A DNA stretch of 64,000 bases from an uncultured Candidatus Saccharibacteria bacterium (GCA_964409035.1 CAYPBQ010000001.1:28024-92023), one strand, 5' to 3'; positions 1-10,616 are shown, counted from the first letter of the stretch. Program-made: numbers and translations. The notes: generated by a model from the letters alone, not told the origin.

Positions 1-1164
1 GCTATTACATACTGCTCCTACCTCTCTTACTGAATCCGTTGTCCTCTCACTAAGCATAGCTCCAGTCATGTAATACAGACCAAAAAGTACTAGCACTATC
101 CCAGCAAAAAGTGTTGACCATTTAACAAATCGAGTTGATGTAGCCCACACCTTCATTGACACAACTGCAATAGCAAATACCACAATCTCATCCAACATAT
201 AAAACAGCATAAATACCGCAATCGAGCTCATGTATCCAAACGTTGAAAGTTCAAGTGTGGATAAAAATCCAGCGTACGTAACAGGAATTGCGGCAGAACA
301 AGGAAATTCTACTACGGTAATAACACCAGCAAACACCATAACCGCTCCAAAAGTAGCCAAAATACCCTTACCCGCAAATGCCTTTTCAAGCAACGCGGAG
401 GTACTTGAAATAACGATACCAGTACCCGCATCACATGTTAGTCCTTGTGTTTGAAAACGGTAGTACTCGTGTAAAAAGTATAATCCCCCAGCGAGTGATA
501 TTGCTCCTACCAGCAATTCGAGCGTACCGACATACGGACCCACTAGTGTAAAAAGGGTATGCCATAACACAATAAGCAATCCGTACGTTAGTGCGGTAAT
601 AGCAATAAATAAACCGCCATACAAGATCACAAATTTTCTTTCTCGCAATTTAAGTACCATACCAAGCACAAGCATAAGCGCGCCTAGTGAGCACACATTA
701 AATCCATCGAGTATACCAAGAAGCGCTGACAGTGTAGGCACAGAATATGACATTGGATCAACTGAACCTACAAATGGAAGCGTAAAAATGCCTGGTGCTA
801 TGTCATCTATATTCATTACCTTGTTGTAAATTCGCTCCTTAACATTTTCATCAAAGCCAACAAAGAAACTGTCTTCATAAAAAATAAGCGGTACCAATCC
901 ACGATAACGCTGTGCGTCGGTGTAACTTTCTAACACCTCATTAAGAGCGACAATATTTTGTGCCTTTGTGACATCGTATTTCTTCACCTCCAGATCGGGA
1001 GCCTCGATTTGGAGCTCATTCAAAAATTGCTGAGCTGCCTTACAATGCGGGCATGTTGGTGAGTAAAAGAATAGCAGTGCTTCTGCGCCCTGCTCGCTCG
1101 CTACCACCGATGAAGTAGGTGTAAAGGAAATAATCAGCGACAGTATAAAAAATATAATCTTCAT
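1..1164 (-). CDS. Thioredoxin-like domain (CPHC) fused to a CcdA/DsbD-like multi-TM domain. Partial: the C-terminus runs off the window start.
   Basis: Hand translation from ATG (rc of 1162-1164): MKIIFFILSL...SPTCPHCKAAQQFL..., followed by >=6 hydrophobic helices with conserved Cys. No stop before coordinate 1. Absent from the ORF track because it is open-ended. Confidence 0.55.
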   Translation of the reverse strand, partial: MKIIFFILSLIISFTPTSSVVASEQGAEALLFFYSPTCPHCKAAQQFLNELQIEAPDLEVKKYDVTKAQNIVALNEVLESYTDAQRYRGLVPLIFYEDSFFVGFDENVKERIYNKVMNIDDIAPGIFTLPFVGSVDPMSYSVPTLSALLGILDGFNVCSLGALMLVLGMVLKLRERKFVILYGGLFIAITALTYGLLIVLWHTLFTLVGPYVGTLELLVGAISLAGGLYFLHEYYRFQTQGLTCDAGTGIVISSTSALLEKAFAGKGILATFGAVMVFAGVITVVEFPCSAAIPVTYAGFLSTLELSTFGYMSSIAVFMLFYMLDEIVVFAIAVVSMKVWATSTRFVKWSTLFAGIVLVLFGLYYMTGAMLSERTTDSVREVGAVCNS

Positions 1165-1171
1165 GATCACA

Positions 1172-1612
1172 CTAGGATACTTCATTCAACCAACTTCTAG
1201 CAGCACGGACATCGCTAAACCACTTGATTTTTTCTTCATCGTTACGTATTGCAGAAAATACATGCAATACCCCAAGCGCTAAACGCTCTATGTGAGATGA
1301 TGAACCAATAATCGCCACTCTCTTTAGTTGTGGTTGATTGATTATTCGTGCATACACCTCTTTAGTTGCGGGTGTAAGTACCTCAGTCGCGCTATCGCCA
1401 AATTGAATGAGATCGACGATAGCAGTATATGCTTTTTCTGGATTCATTCTCAAAATCTTTCGAAAATCGTCCTCTATAAGCTCAGCAGTTCTTGCGTTGT
1501 CCTCCTCATTGGATTCATTCCAAAAAAATATAAGAACAAGAAGATTAGCTGCTGGATTGTTCTCTGAGTAAAACAACTTATAGCCCTCCCTAAGGAGTTC
1601 ATCAGTTTTCAT
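1172..1612 (-). CDS. hypothetical protein
   Basis: 146-aa ORF with no recognisable motif. Tightly packed between flanking genes. Confidence 0.45.
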   Translation of the reverse strand: MKTDELLREGYKLFYSENNPAANLLVLIFFWNESNEEDNARTAELIEDDFRKILRMNPEKAYTAIVDLIQFGDSATEVLTPATKEVYARIINQPQLKRVAIIGSSSHIERLALGVLHVFSAIRNDEEKIKWFSDVRAARSWLNEVS

Positions 1613-1649
1613 ACTCTAAGTATAAAGGATATTAGTCCACTCGTTAAGA

Positions 1650-1892
1650 CTAGTATCGTTTGAGTAGCAAAATAAACATAAGCGCAGCCGCACCAAGCGA
1701 TACAAGATTGACTGCAAAATTATAGGTTAACACCCCAAAGCTTGCCTCATGAAATAGCAGCATTAGTACTCCAGCACCAAAAAGTGCTGCAAACGAGGGG
1801 CGTATATCATTTCCATACTTATACAATGAATATACCTGAATTACCCATGCAAGCATGATGAGTAATAATCCGCCCGAAACTAAATCAATCAT
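1650..1892 (-). CDS. small membrane protein
   Basis: 80 aa, two predicted TM helices. Overlaps the next ORF by 4 bp. Confidence 0.4.
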   Translation of the reverse strand: MIDLVSGGLLLIMLAWVIQVYSLYKYGNDIRPSFAALFGAGVLMLLFHEASFGVLTYNFAVNLVSLGAAALMFILLLKRY

Positions 1893-2116
1893 GAATGACG
1901 CTCAAGTGAGATAAAGTACCCCATACATATACCCATCACTGAAAGTGAGCCCACCATAAACGGAAGAAGCGACGCATGCTCACTCGCAAACAATAACACC
2001 ACTGCGGTTAATCCAACTGAAATTGCAGCTATAGATACTGCAATAGTTACAAACGGATTATCACGAGCCTCTTTTTTTTGTACTTGTCTTGGCATATAAA
2101 AAATTACCTCTTGCAA
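1889..2116 (-). CDS. small membrane protein
   Basis: 75 aa, two hydrophobic helices. Confidence 0.4.
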   Translation of the reverse strand: MQEVIFYMPRQVQKKEARDNPFVTIAVSIAAISVGLTAVVLLFASEHASLLPFMVGSLSVMGICMGYFISLERHS

Positions 2117-2299
2117 CTAGTATACCTCAGATACAAAAAGTGCGTGCCAAGTAATCCACAACTCTTATCCTAAGACCATTATCCAAATATCAGTGTAAAA
2201 AGTGTAGCAATAATTCCTAAAGAAACACCAAGAGTAAGACCAAAGAACCACTCGATACCATGCTTGTCTAAATTAAATCTGCGCTCAACTTCTCGCTCG

Positions 2300-4357
2300 C
2301 TAATTAAATAGAGCCTTGAGTATTCTTGTTGCATTTTTTGTAAGGCGTCGCGACTCATACGCTCTACAAAGGGATAGTATCGCTCGTGCATGGATAGGAT
2401 ACGGGTATGTAGTTTCAAGTAAATCTTTGACCGTGAGACCTTTACTAGTTGCAAGTATAAGTTCTCGTACAAGCTCGCCAGCATATTCGCTGACAAGCGT
2501 ACCACCGTAGATTTCTCCATTTTTACCAATATAGAGTGAAATGTATCCATGTATAGAGTGTTCAATTATAGACCTGTCATCATCGCGTAATGAAAATATT
2601 TCTTTAGTATAAAATTGCTTTCGTTCATTAAGGTGATGCTCTTGTAGTCCAAATGTCGCAAGTGCTGGAGATGTATACATCACATTTGCAAATGCGTCAA
2701 GAGACAGCTTCTTCCAAAAGAGCTTTGGGGAGAAGAATGTTCGCAGCACAATTGAAGCATGGAGTTCAGTAAGATGGGTAAACTGCCCACCACCTGCAGC
2801 GTCCCCGACTACATATACATGCTTATTTGATGTACGCATGAACTCATCATGTACTATCATACTACCAGAGTAAGCGATGCCTGCATGTTGTAGTAAAAGC
2901 CCTTCGTGTGATATTTCTCTTCCTATTGCGACCAATACGTTATCTGCAAGAATGCGTATTGTTGATTGACCACACGTAATGATTACTGCATCAGAGGTGA
3001 TTTCTGTCACCTCACTGTCAAAATAAAAATCAATCCCCTCTTCTTTCATCGAAGAAAGCAGTAGCTCCCCTGCTTCTTTTTCATAATTTGGAAGAAGTGC
3101 TGATGTGTTACTGATTATTGTTACCTTGCTGCCCAAACGTGAAAATGCCTGACCAAGTTCAAGCCCAATCGGACCTGCACCAATTACAACCATGTGCGTG
3201 GGGAGTGTGCCAAGTGTAAACACATCGGGATTGTATAGTACGTGTGGAAGTGTCGCGCCTGGAACAGTAAGTTTTCGTGGCGAGCTACCGGTTGCAATTA
3301 CTATTTTTCTTCCTGAATGAATTTTGCCATTTACTGATACTGCGTTCATGCTCTTAAAACTTGCTGATCCTATAACCACATCGTGTCCAAGTGATCGTAA
3401 AAACTCCGCACTTTCTTTTTCTCTAAATACTTGTTTTGCTTCATTAAGTAATTCACGCACTTTATCAAACGACACTTTGCCGCGCGTGGTAATACCTAAC
3501 GGTGAGAGAGTGCGCGCGGTATGAACCTGATTAGCTATATGAATTAGTCCCTTACTCGGAACACATCCATTATTCAGACAGTCACCGCCAATATTATTTT
3601 CATCTCTCTCTATAATGAGAGTTTTGCACCCTACCCTTCGAAGAAAACCTGCAATATTAAGACCAGCCGCCCCTGCGCCAATTACAATGACATCATAATC
3701 ATATGATGATCTGTACATCACTCGCGGTAACAGTGATGAGATAATAAACAGAAGCCCAAATAGCGCTATCGCAATCAACACACCCAGTACCGTGGGCATG
3801 GCAATAACGTTACCAAAATACACATACGCAAATGTGCCCGGGATAATACCAAAAAATGTGCCAATTATATAATCAAGCGCTCGCACACGTGTTAGTCCAA
3901 GAGTAACGTTGAGCACATTAAAAGGAAACAAGGGTACAAGTCGCAAGAACAAAATGGTTATTAGTCCTTTTTCCTCCAGCTTTCTATCGTATTCATATAA
4001 TCTATGTGCGTATGTGCTTAGCAGAGAGTCAACTACCTCTCGCCCAAAGAATCGCGTAAGAAAAAATGCAATGCACGCCCCGACACTTGCACCAAGTATG
4101 ACTGCCGATGCCCCGGCAAGGGGGCCAAATAGTACCCCAGCTAATATGGTAAGCGGGGTTCCTGGTAAAAATAGCACCGTCGCAAGTGCGTAAATGCCGC
4201 TAAACAGTAAAAGTGACTGTGCTGCTGATTGAGATGAGAGAAGGTTTCTTATTGCATCGGGAGATACAATATCAAGCAACATGTAGCGGTGTGACAAATA
4301 CCCAACCACACCAACCAGCACAAAAAGCGCAACCACTTTTACTAATGATGTGCTCAT
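2300..4357 (-). CDS. DedA/TVP38-family membrane domain fused to a class-I pyridine nucleotide-disulfide oxidoreductase (dihydrolipoamide dehydrogenase / mercuric reductase family)
   Basis: N-terminal ~200 aa is multi-TM and DedA-like. Then a Rossmann motif DVIVIGAGAAG and the redox-active disulfide GGDCLNNGCVPSK, a second NAD fold VVIGAGPIGLE, and a C-terminal dimerisation region. Confidence 0.8.
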   Translation of the reverse strand: MSTSLVKVVALFVLVGVVGYLSHRYMLLDIVSPDAIRNLLSSQSAAQSLLLFSGIYALATVLFLPGTPLTILAGVLFGPLAGASAVILGASVGACIAFFLTRFFGREVVDSLLSTYAHRLYEYDRKLEEKGLITILFLRLVPLFPFNVLNVTLGLTRVRALDYIIGTFFGIIPGTFAYVYFGNVIAMPTVLGVLIAIALFGLLFIISSLLPRVMYRSSYDYDVIVIGAGAAGLNIAGFLRRVGCKTLIIERDENNIGGDCLNNGCVPSKGLIHIANQVHTARTLSPLGITTRGKVSFDKVRELLNEAKQVFREKESAEFLRSLGHDVVIGSASFKSMNAVSVNGKIHSGRKIVIATGSSPRKLTVPGATLPHVLYNPDVFTLGTLPTHMVVIGAGPIGLELGQAFSRLGSKVTIISNTSALLPNYEKEAGELLLSSMKEEGIDFYFDSEVTEITSDAVIITCGQSTIRILADNVLVAIGREISHEGLLLQHAGIAYSGSMIVHDEFMRTSNKHVYVVGDAAGGGQFTHLTELHASIVLRTFFSPKLFWKKLSLDAFANVMYTSPALATFGLQEHHLNERKQFYTKEIFSLRDDDRSIIEHSIHGYISLYIGKNGEIYGGTLVSEYAGELVRELILATSKGLTVKDLLETTYPYPIHARAILSLCRAYESRRLTKNATRILKALFN

Positions 4358-4359
4358 AA

Positions 4360-4482
4360 CTAATTAAGTAGATAAGCACTTACCGCATCAATAGCCACCT
4401 CACCAAAATAGATGCTGTACACCACTACTGCGAGCAAAAGAAGTAATGCAAACGCAAGAATTATTTTTGAGTGCTCTTTCAT
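4360..4482 (-). CDS. 40-aa small membrane protein, abutting the oxidoreductase start
   Basis: Hand-found ORF MKEHSKIILAFALLLLLAVVVYSIYFGEVAIDAVSAYLLN. Its stop lies 3 bp from the downstream start, so translational coupling is possible. Confidence 0.3.
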   Translation of the reverse strand: MKEHSKIILAFALLLLLAVVVYSIYFGEVAIDAVSAYLLN

Positions 4483-4584
4483 TTATTAAGTATGTCACAG
4501 GTACAGATTTACATACAGAGCACTTGGATAACTCCCACAAAACGATGGGGCGCAATCATTTGATTGCGCCCCTAGACAGGCTCA

Positions 4585-5202
4585 CTATGGCCTGATAACG
4601 GTGACCCTATGTCCTCCGTGCATATAGTCACCATCTACCACCCCCCCCACGTGATGATGGAGACCAATCACCTGCATCGCAGGATATTGCTTCTTTATAC
4701 TTCTAATAGCTTTTTCTGCATTATTCTGACAATGCTCACCACCATCGAGACAGCCATCATGTGAGTTCGCGAGAATCAAAATTTGTTGATCCTCAAGTTG
4801 GCACATTCTCCGAAGAAGTGCGACCTGAAGATCCAGCCATGTCCACAATCTGAACGTACTATCGAAGATTTGGCCTGAAATTGGCCCAAGCTGCTGAAGG
4901 GTCGCAACACCTCCAGGGACAATAATAGGGTATTCAGGAACCCTCCTTCTCAGTTGCTGAAAGCCTGTGGTTCTTTTTGCTTTTTTCCGGACAGCGTGGC
5001 CATGGTGCCCATCGACACAACTGATAATCACTGCGCCTCCGATTCTACATGGATCAATTAGCAAACCTTCTTCTTGGGAAGGTTCTGTTTTTCTTCTAAT
5101 TAGCCCCGCAATACTAAGAGGTTCAAACATTCTTAACAGACTAGTGCCCGCTGGCATATGCCCCTCCTTGTGACTGACCTCGAGAGACAATACTCCTCTC
5201 AA
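4585..5202 (-). CDS. hypothetical protein (His/Cys-rich, possible metal-binding hydrolase)
   Basis: 205 aa containing VDGHHGH, HDGCLDGGEHC and LHHHVGG motifs. No family recognised. Confidence 0.45.
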   Translation of the reverse strand: MRGVLSLEVSHKEGHMPAGTSLLRMFEPLSIAGLIRRKTEPSQEEGLLIDPCRIGGAVIISCVDGHHGHAVRKKAKRTTGFQQLRRRVPEYPIIVPGGVATLQQLGPISGQIFDSTFRLWTWLDLQVALLRRMCQLEDQQILILANSHDGCLDGGEHCQNNAEKAIRSIKKQYPAMQVIGLHHHVGGVVDGDYMHGGHRVTVIRP

Positions 5203-5241
5203 AATGGGTTGTCTAGGCAGTTATCAACAACAAGACCAAAG

Positions 5242-6351
5242 TTATGATTTCCAAAACTTTTTAGTAAAGCGCCAGCCGTATTTAGCCGCAACAAGAAGGA
5301 CAAAAAAGTACAAACAAAACACCACACCATAGGCAAGTACTGTTAATAATCCAAGAGTTGCCTTTTGTAGTGAGTGGCTTATCTCACTTACAAATTGTTC
5401 AAATGAACCTCTCCATGCATCAGTAAGGCGCTCAGTGTCAATGTATGGTCGCTCATATACCGACACAGTAAAGAAGGTGTATTCAATTCTATCTAGTTCT
5501 CGTATCTTTGCTCGCTCGAGTCTATCAATTTCACCTTCTATGATTAACTTTTCGTTTGTAAGTCTTTCTATGAGGCGTATTTTGCTATCAATGATGATTG
5601 CAAGACTGTCTGGATCGTTTGCCTTTGTGGCAATTGACTGTATTTCATCATATGAAGATAGCGCACCCGTGAGCGTGTCATCAATAACATCCAATTTGTT
5701 GGTGAGCGTTGCGATTGCGTCGGTATAATCTTTTACCTGCTCTTCAATGGTATAAGTAGACTCAGTTACATCCTTTGGATCGTAAGTATCTAGTACGGCT
5801 TTTATTTCTAGCGCCTTACTCTTTTCTACCTTAAATCGGTAGTCACATCCCCTATCAAACTCATTACTATTTTCAAAAATAACCTGTGTATCGCTCTTTA
5901 GTGCATACACTCCTTTGCATATAGAAGCAGCTGATGATGGCGTGTACGAATAGAAGAAGTCTTGCACCTCAAATGATTCTGCCATAGCGCCAACAGAACC
6001 TCCGTATGGTGGTACTGGCGAAATAACCTCTGCTGCTCCCATGGCATTTCTTGTCGAAAATGTTACATCGCCATATTGAGAAGTATTCACTGGATTTCCT
6101 GATCCCATCCACATGGGGGATTCGCTCTCGCTACCATAGCCAATATTTTTATAAGCAAACATGTCATCGCTCGATGCAAACGGCATTGAGACTGTCGAGG
6201 CTGAAAAAGATTTAAGAGACGCAAGTACGAGCGATAGTATAAATATACTCACAATTATAAATACCACCCCAAGACTAACCACCTTAAGTACACCAATTGG
6301 TGTCTTTATCGCATTTTTTAGTAATTGCATATTTTTTAATTGTAGCACCAC
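5242..6351 (-). CDS. DUF4349-like membrane protein (N- and C-terminal TM, central coiled coil)
   Basis: 369 aa. TM helices at both ends and a coiled-coil middle (LDVIDDTL...IDRLERAKIRELDRIE). Confidence 0.5.
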   Translation of the reverse strand: MVLQLKNMQLLKNAIKTPIGVLKVVSLGVVFIIVSIFILSLVLASLKSFSASTVSMPFASSDDMFAYKNIGYGSESESPMWMGSGNPVNTSQYGDVTFSTRNAMGAAEVISPVPPYGGSVGAMAESFEVQDFFYSYTPSSAASICKGVYALKSDTQVIFENSNEFDRGCDYRFKVEKSKALEIKAVLDTYDPKDVTESTYTIEEQVKDYTDAIATLTNKLDVIDDTLTGALSSYDEIQSIATKANDPDSLAIIIDSKIRLIERLTNEKLIIEGEIDRLERAKIRELDRIEYTFFTVSVYERPYIDTERLTDAWRGSFEQFVSEISHSLQKATLGLLTVLAYGVVFCLYFFVLLVAAKYGWRFTKKFWKS

Positions 6352-6388
6352 TACCTGATTGTGGTATCCACTTACTACACATAAGTTA

Positions 6389-6417
6389 TTGACAAAGTTG
6401 TTAAAGCGTTCTATTAT
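6389..6417 (+). promoter_or_regulatory. sigma70-like promoter for the helicase gene (TTGACA-17-TATTAT), implying a ~110-nt 5' UTR
   Basis: ttgaca at 6389-6394, a 17-nt spacer, then tattat. Confidence 0.45.
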
Positions 6418-6533
6418 ATATACAAGCTTTTGACTTTACGTGTGGGGCTCTCTAGCTTAAGGCATTGGTTCTATACCTCGCCTACTTATAACCTGCACAG
6501 CCCTAACACAACCCCTTATGGGGACAACTCATC

Positions 6534-7823
6534 ATGTATTCATCATCATCTAGTAGTAACAGAGGTGGCAAGCCTCGAAGTAACGCCCATACATCACACC
6601 GAAGATCTCCTCATAGTGGAGGCTCTCCATATCGTGGTGGTAGCTCATCACACTCATCACGCCCATCACGGGGACGTGGTGGTAATCGTGGAGGTGGGAG
6701 AAAAATGCCTACCTTTGACCCAACACGCTTTATCAATACAAACCCTGCAACTGTTGAAGAGGTTGTGTACGCGCACGCGCACACCTTCAGCACATTTGGT
6801 CTTGATACTCGCCTATCCAAAATAATTGAGGCAAGCGGTATTACAATCCCTACGCCGATTCAGGATCAAATAATTCCACATATCATAAAGGGGCATGATG
6901 TGGTTGGTATTGCTGAGACCGGAACGGGTAAGACTGCCGCATTTCTTGTACCTCTTATTGAGCGGACTATAAAAAAGGAAATCAGACAAACACTCATCCT
7001 AGCACCTACGCGTGAGCTTGCGGTGCAAATTGAGACCGAGCTTCGTACCCTATCTAAAGGACTTAATGTGTATTCAACCATTGTAGTAGGCGGCATGAGT
7101 ATTGGTCCACAGATACGCTCACTGCGTGGTATCAATCATTTTATTATTGGTACACCAGGGCGAGTACTTGACCTTATTGAAAGAGGAAACATTCAACCTC
7201 GGCACATGTCTGCGGTAGTGCTTGATGAGGCTGACCGCATGCTCGACATGGGCTTTATCAATGACATGAGAAAAATAATCTCTGCAATGCCAAAGGAGCG
7301 ACAGACACTATTTTTCTCAGCTACTATGTCTGATAAAACAGACTCACTTGTCAGAGAGTTCCTACACAAGCCAATCACTGTCTCAGTTAAGAAGCAGGAT
7401 GTCATTAGCACGATTGAGCAAACCATTGTTAAGTACGAGGCACATAGTAAATTTGATACACTAAGAGCACTTTTTGCTGACCCGTCATTTTCTCGAGTAA
7501 TCATCTTTGGTTCTATGAAGCACAGCGTGGAGGCACTTTCCAAGCAGCTTACCGAGGTGGGTGTTCCTTCGGAGTCTATCCACGGCAACAAAAATCACAC
7601 TCAGCGACAGCGAGCGCTATCAAGTTTTAAAAACGGCGTGGTAAAGGTATTGGTAGCTACTGATGTTGCCGCGCGTGGTATACACGTTAATGATGTATCA
7701 CACGTAATCAACTATGATCTACCACAGACATTTGAAGACTATGTGCACCGCATAGGTCGCACCGGTAGAGGCAAAAAACGAGGTAAGGCAATATCATTTG
7801 TACCATTTACACATCGCTATTAG
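6534..7823 (+). CDS. DEAD-box ATP-dependent RNA helicase with an N-terminal Ser/Arg/Gly-rich tail
   Basis: AETGTGKT, PTRELA, DEAD, SAT and HRIGRTGRG motifs. The true start may be the internal Met (MPTFDP, ~6705). Confidence 0.85.
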   Translation: MYSSSSSSNRGGKPRSNAHTSHRRSPHSGGSPYRGGSSSHSSRPSRGRGGNRGGGRKMPTFDPTRFINTNPATVEEVVYAHAHTFSTFGLDTRLSKIIEASGITIPTPIQDQIIPHIIKGHDVVGIAETGTGKTAAFLVPLIERTIKKEIRQTLILAPTRELAVQIETELRTLSKGLNVYSTIVVGGMSIGPQIRSLRGINHFIIGTPGRVLDLIERGNIQPRHMSAVVLDEADRMLDMGFINDMRKIISAMPKERQTLFFSATMSDKTDSLVREFLHKPITVSVKKQDVISTIEQTIVKYEAHSKFDTLRALFADPSFSRVIIFGSMKHSVEALSKQLTEVGVPSESIHGNKNHTQRQRALSSFKNGVVKVLVATDVAARGIHVNDVSHVINYDLPQTFEDYVHRIGRTGRGKKRGKAISFVPFTHRY

Positions 7824-7834
7824 CACCACGTACA

Positions 7835-7869
7835 AAAAGCCCCTAGTCACAGAGACTCGGGGCTTTTTG
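7835..7869. terminator. bidirectional intrinsic terminator between the convergent helicase and typA genes
   Basis: aaaagcccc-loop-ggggctttt, flanked by an A-run and a T-run. Confidence 0.7.
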
Positions 7870-7893
7870 TATATATTTACCTTCAACTCTATA

Positions 7894-9693
7894 CTAACTT
7901 TTGGATTTATTTTTTGATCGTTCGCTTTCTTTCAAGAATCTTTTTCGTAGGCGTACTGACTTTGGCGTTACCTCAAGAAGTTCATCATCTGCCATTATTT
8001 CAAGGCCAATTTCAATAGTAAGAGTAAGGGGCGGCACAAGATCAAGCGCTTCATCAGAACCTGATGCGCGCACGTTGGTAAGTTGCTTGCCCTTAGTTGG
8101 ATTTACTGCCATCTCTTCACCTTTTGAGGTATTTCCGATTACCATACCCTCATACACCTCCGTAGCAGGGCCGATATAAAGCGTACCTCTGTCTTGCAAA
8201 TTCCAGAGTGAAAATCCAAGCGCCTTGCCGGTTGCCATAGAGATCATTGAACCAACAAATCGTTTCTTCACTTCTCCCGCGTATGGCTTAAACCCAATAA
8301 ATCGAGAACACAAAATACCCTCACCCTTAGTATCAACAATAAACTGGTTTCTATATCCAAGAATACCTCGTGTTGGACCTTCAAAAATAAGGCGCACTGT
8401 ATTGCCCTCAGGGATCATGTTTTGCATGATAAAGAGCCGTTGAGAGAGCTTTTCGATAATCGCACCTTGAAAGGCAACTGGTGTATCAACAATTACTTCT
8501 TCAAATGGCTCCTTCTTTCCATCGGCATCTTCATGGAAGATTACCTGTGGTTGTGACACCGCAAGCTCATACCCTTCACGGCGCATGTTCTCAAGCAGAA
8601 TAGAGATGTGCATTTCTCCACGCCCGTATACCTTAAAGAAGTTACCATCAGAAAAATCAACTTGTAGTCCTACGTTTATTTCAAGCTCACGCTCAAGCCG
8701 AGCCTTTATCTCTCTACTCGTAACAAATTTTCCTTCCTTTCCTGCAAATGGCGATGCATTAGGCATAAACTCAAGCGCGATGGTAGGTTCATCAATCGCA
8801 ATAGCTGGGAGTGGCTCTGCTCGCTCGTCTGTGGTGAGCGTGTCGCCAATGTTGATATCAGGGAATCCTGCAATAAGAACAATATCGCCCGCATATGCCT
8901 CGGTTACTACCTCTTTAGAAAGACCAACAAATGTAGAAAGCTTGATAACCTTTCCACGCCGAGGCGCGCTACCTTGTTGAAGTAAAAAGAGGTTAGCACC
9001 ATCCTTAATACATCCCTCGTACACGCGAGCAATCGCAAGTCTGCCAGTAAAGTTATCGTACCCAAGGTTAAACACCTGCGCGCGAAGCACATCACCCTCA
9101 GTGTATGCTTTTGCTGGTGGTACCTCTTCAAGAATGGTATCAAGGAGTGGTGTAAGGTCAGTTGCAGTATCTTCAAGCTTTCGCTTTGCGACACCTTCCC
9201 TTCCTATTGCGTATACCACCTTAAAATTTGCCTGTTCATCACTTGCGCCAAGCTCAAGAAATAGTTCAAGCACTTGCTCCTCGCATCGGTGAGGGTCTGC
9301 GGCTGGCTTATCAATTTTATTGATAACCACATTAGGCTTGAGACCAAGCTCAAGAGATTTTTTAAGTACAAAGCGAGTTTGTGGCATTGGACCTTCTTGT
9401 GCATCTACCACAAGAAGCACAGAGTCTATCGAGCGGAGTACTCGCTCTACTTCTGAACCAAAGTCTGCGTGACCAGGAGTGTCTACGATATTAAGCTTGG
9501 TACCCTTATATGAAAGAGAGGCGTTTTTAGCATAGATAGTAATACCACGCTCTTGCTCAAGCGCATTAGAATCCATGGTGATGGTGTCGTCTGTCACCGC
9601 CCCCGTCTGGCGCATAAGCGCATCGGTGAGTGTGGTTTTGCCATGGTCTACGTGTGCGATTATGGCTATGTTACGTGTTTCTGTGTGTTGCAT
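7894..9693 (-). CDS. typA: translational GTPase TypA/BipA
   Basis: [38 protein letters not shown]-like domains. The track ORF begins at a TTG 33 nt upstream; the ATG at 9693 is preferred. Confidence 0.9.
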   Translation of the reverse strand: MQHTETRNIAIIAHVDHGKTTLTDALMRQTGAVTDDTITMDSNALEQERGITIYAKNASLSYKGTKLNIVDTPGHADFGSEVERVLRSIDSVLLVVDAQEGPMPQTRFVLKKSLELGLKPNVVINKIDKPAADPHRCEEQVLELFLELGASDEQANFKVVYAIGREGVAKRKLEDTATDLTPLLDTILEEVPPAKAYTEGDVLRAQVFNLGYDNFTGRLAIARVYEGCIKDGANLFLLQQGSAPRRGKVIKLSTFVGLSKEVVTEAYAGDIVLIAGFPDINIGDTLTTDERAEPLPAIAIDEPTIALEFMPNASPFAGKEGKFVTSREIKARLERELEINVGLQVDFSDGNFFKVYGRGEMHISILLENMRREGYELAVSQPQVIFHEDADGKKEPFEEVIVDTPVAFQGAIIEKLSQRLFIMQNMIPEGNTVRLIFEGPTRGILGYRNQFIVDTKGEGILCSRFIGFKPYAGEVKKRFVGSMISMATGKALGFSLWNLQDRGTLYIGPATEVYEGMVIGNTSKGEEMAVNPTKGKQLTNVRASGSDEALDLVPPLTLTIEIGLEIMADDELLEVTPKSVRLRKRFLKESERSKNKSKS

Positions 9694-9804
9694 AAAAAAA
9701 TGCGCGCCCTTCGCGCCACAAAACAATACATTACTTTTGCTTCTTTATCAAGAGTGCGCGAAAACACCCAAATATCGATTACCCTCTTAACGAAAAAATA
9801 ATGC

Positions 9805-9832
9805 GAAGAGCCGCGAGCTTGCGCTCGCGGCT
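9805..9832 (-). terminator. intrinsic terminator downstream of the 9848-10549 gene
   Basis: gccgcgagc-ttgc-gctcgcggc hairpin, followed on the minus strand by a T-run. Confidence 0.55.
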
Positions 9833-9847
9833 CAAACAGCCCAGGAA

Positions 9848-10549
9848 TTAGATTATTCCCAAATACTCTCTCCCTGTCATGAGAACGCTTCGAATTTCAT
9901 TCTCTACGTCTTCAGGCAAAGAAATGTTGCCGCCCTTGCATAGCTGAAGGTCAGCACCAACCCGCACGAGGCGGATTGAAACTCTAAACATTCCGTAGTT
10001 AAAGGCTAGTATGAGGGATGGATCAAAATTTGCAGAAGTCCAATTTACAGAATACTGTACAGCAATGCTCAGTGCTGCAAGAGAATCTAAGAGTTTTCCT
10101 TTAGCAGTCAACGTCATTGCTGCTATTGCTTTGTTGCATATGTATTCTGCAATCCGCTCTTTTCCCTTATCCACTTCATGAAGGGTATACCAATGTAGAT
10201 TGGAATTTCCAGCTTCGCATAGCATCTTTAATGCTTCAATGGCGGAGGTACCTGTTGCATCCCTTACTATTATTTTTATGTGCTGGTCCATTTCCTCTTG
10301 TGCAGTACGCATCCTCCTAACGTGTAGCATACTTTCACCGATAATAATTGCTACGATTACTCCCGCAATCGAAAATGCCAGCAAATTATTGTAGTAATAA
10401 CCTACTGTAACCACAATTAGGCAGGTCAATAGAATTATAGTGAGTATAGACCTCCTTAATTTTGGGTCGTCTCTCAATATTGCTGTTTCAATTTTGCTCA
10501 ATCTTTCATCAAGCAAAAGAAGTCTCTTAATCGATTCAGAATTGCACAT
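9848..10549 (-). CDS. hypothetical membrane-anchored protein
   Basis: 233 aa. One or two TM helices near the N-terminus. No motif recognised. Confidence 0.5.
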   Translation of the reverse strand: MCNSESIKRLLLLDERLSKIETAILRDDPKLRRSILTIILLTCLIVVTVGYYYNNLLAFSIAGVIVAIIIGESMLHVRRMRTAQEEMDQHIKIIVRDATGTSAIEALKMLCEAGNSNLHWYTLHEVDKGKERIAEYICNKAIAAMTLTAKGKLLDSLAALSIAVQYSVNWTSANFDPSLILAFNYGMFRVSIRLVRVGADLQLCKGGNISLPEDVENEIRSVLMTGREYLGII

Positions 10550-10616
10550 GTACCTACACTCCCCTCACACCTCACCATGAGGTGTTTGCTTGCGACAATA
10601 TACATTGGTTATTTAC

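Noticed and set aside
2179-2565. 128-aa minus ORF overlapping the 3' end of the oxidoreductase gene by ~266 nt in another frame
   Set aside because: The oxidoreductase C-terminal dimerisation domain needs the full length to coordinate 2300, and such a long out-of-frame overlap is unlikely. An N-terminally shortened small TM protein starting near 2391 cannot be excluded.
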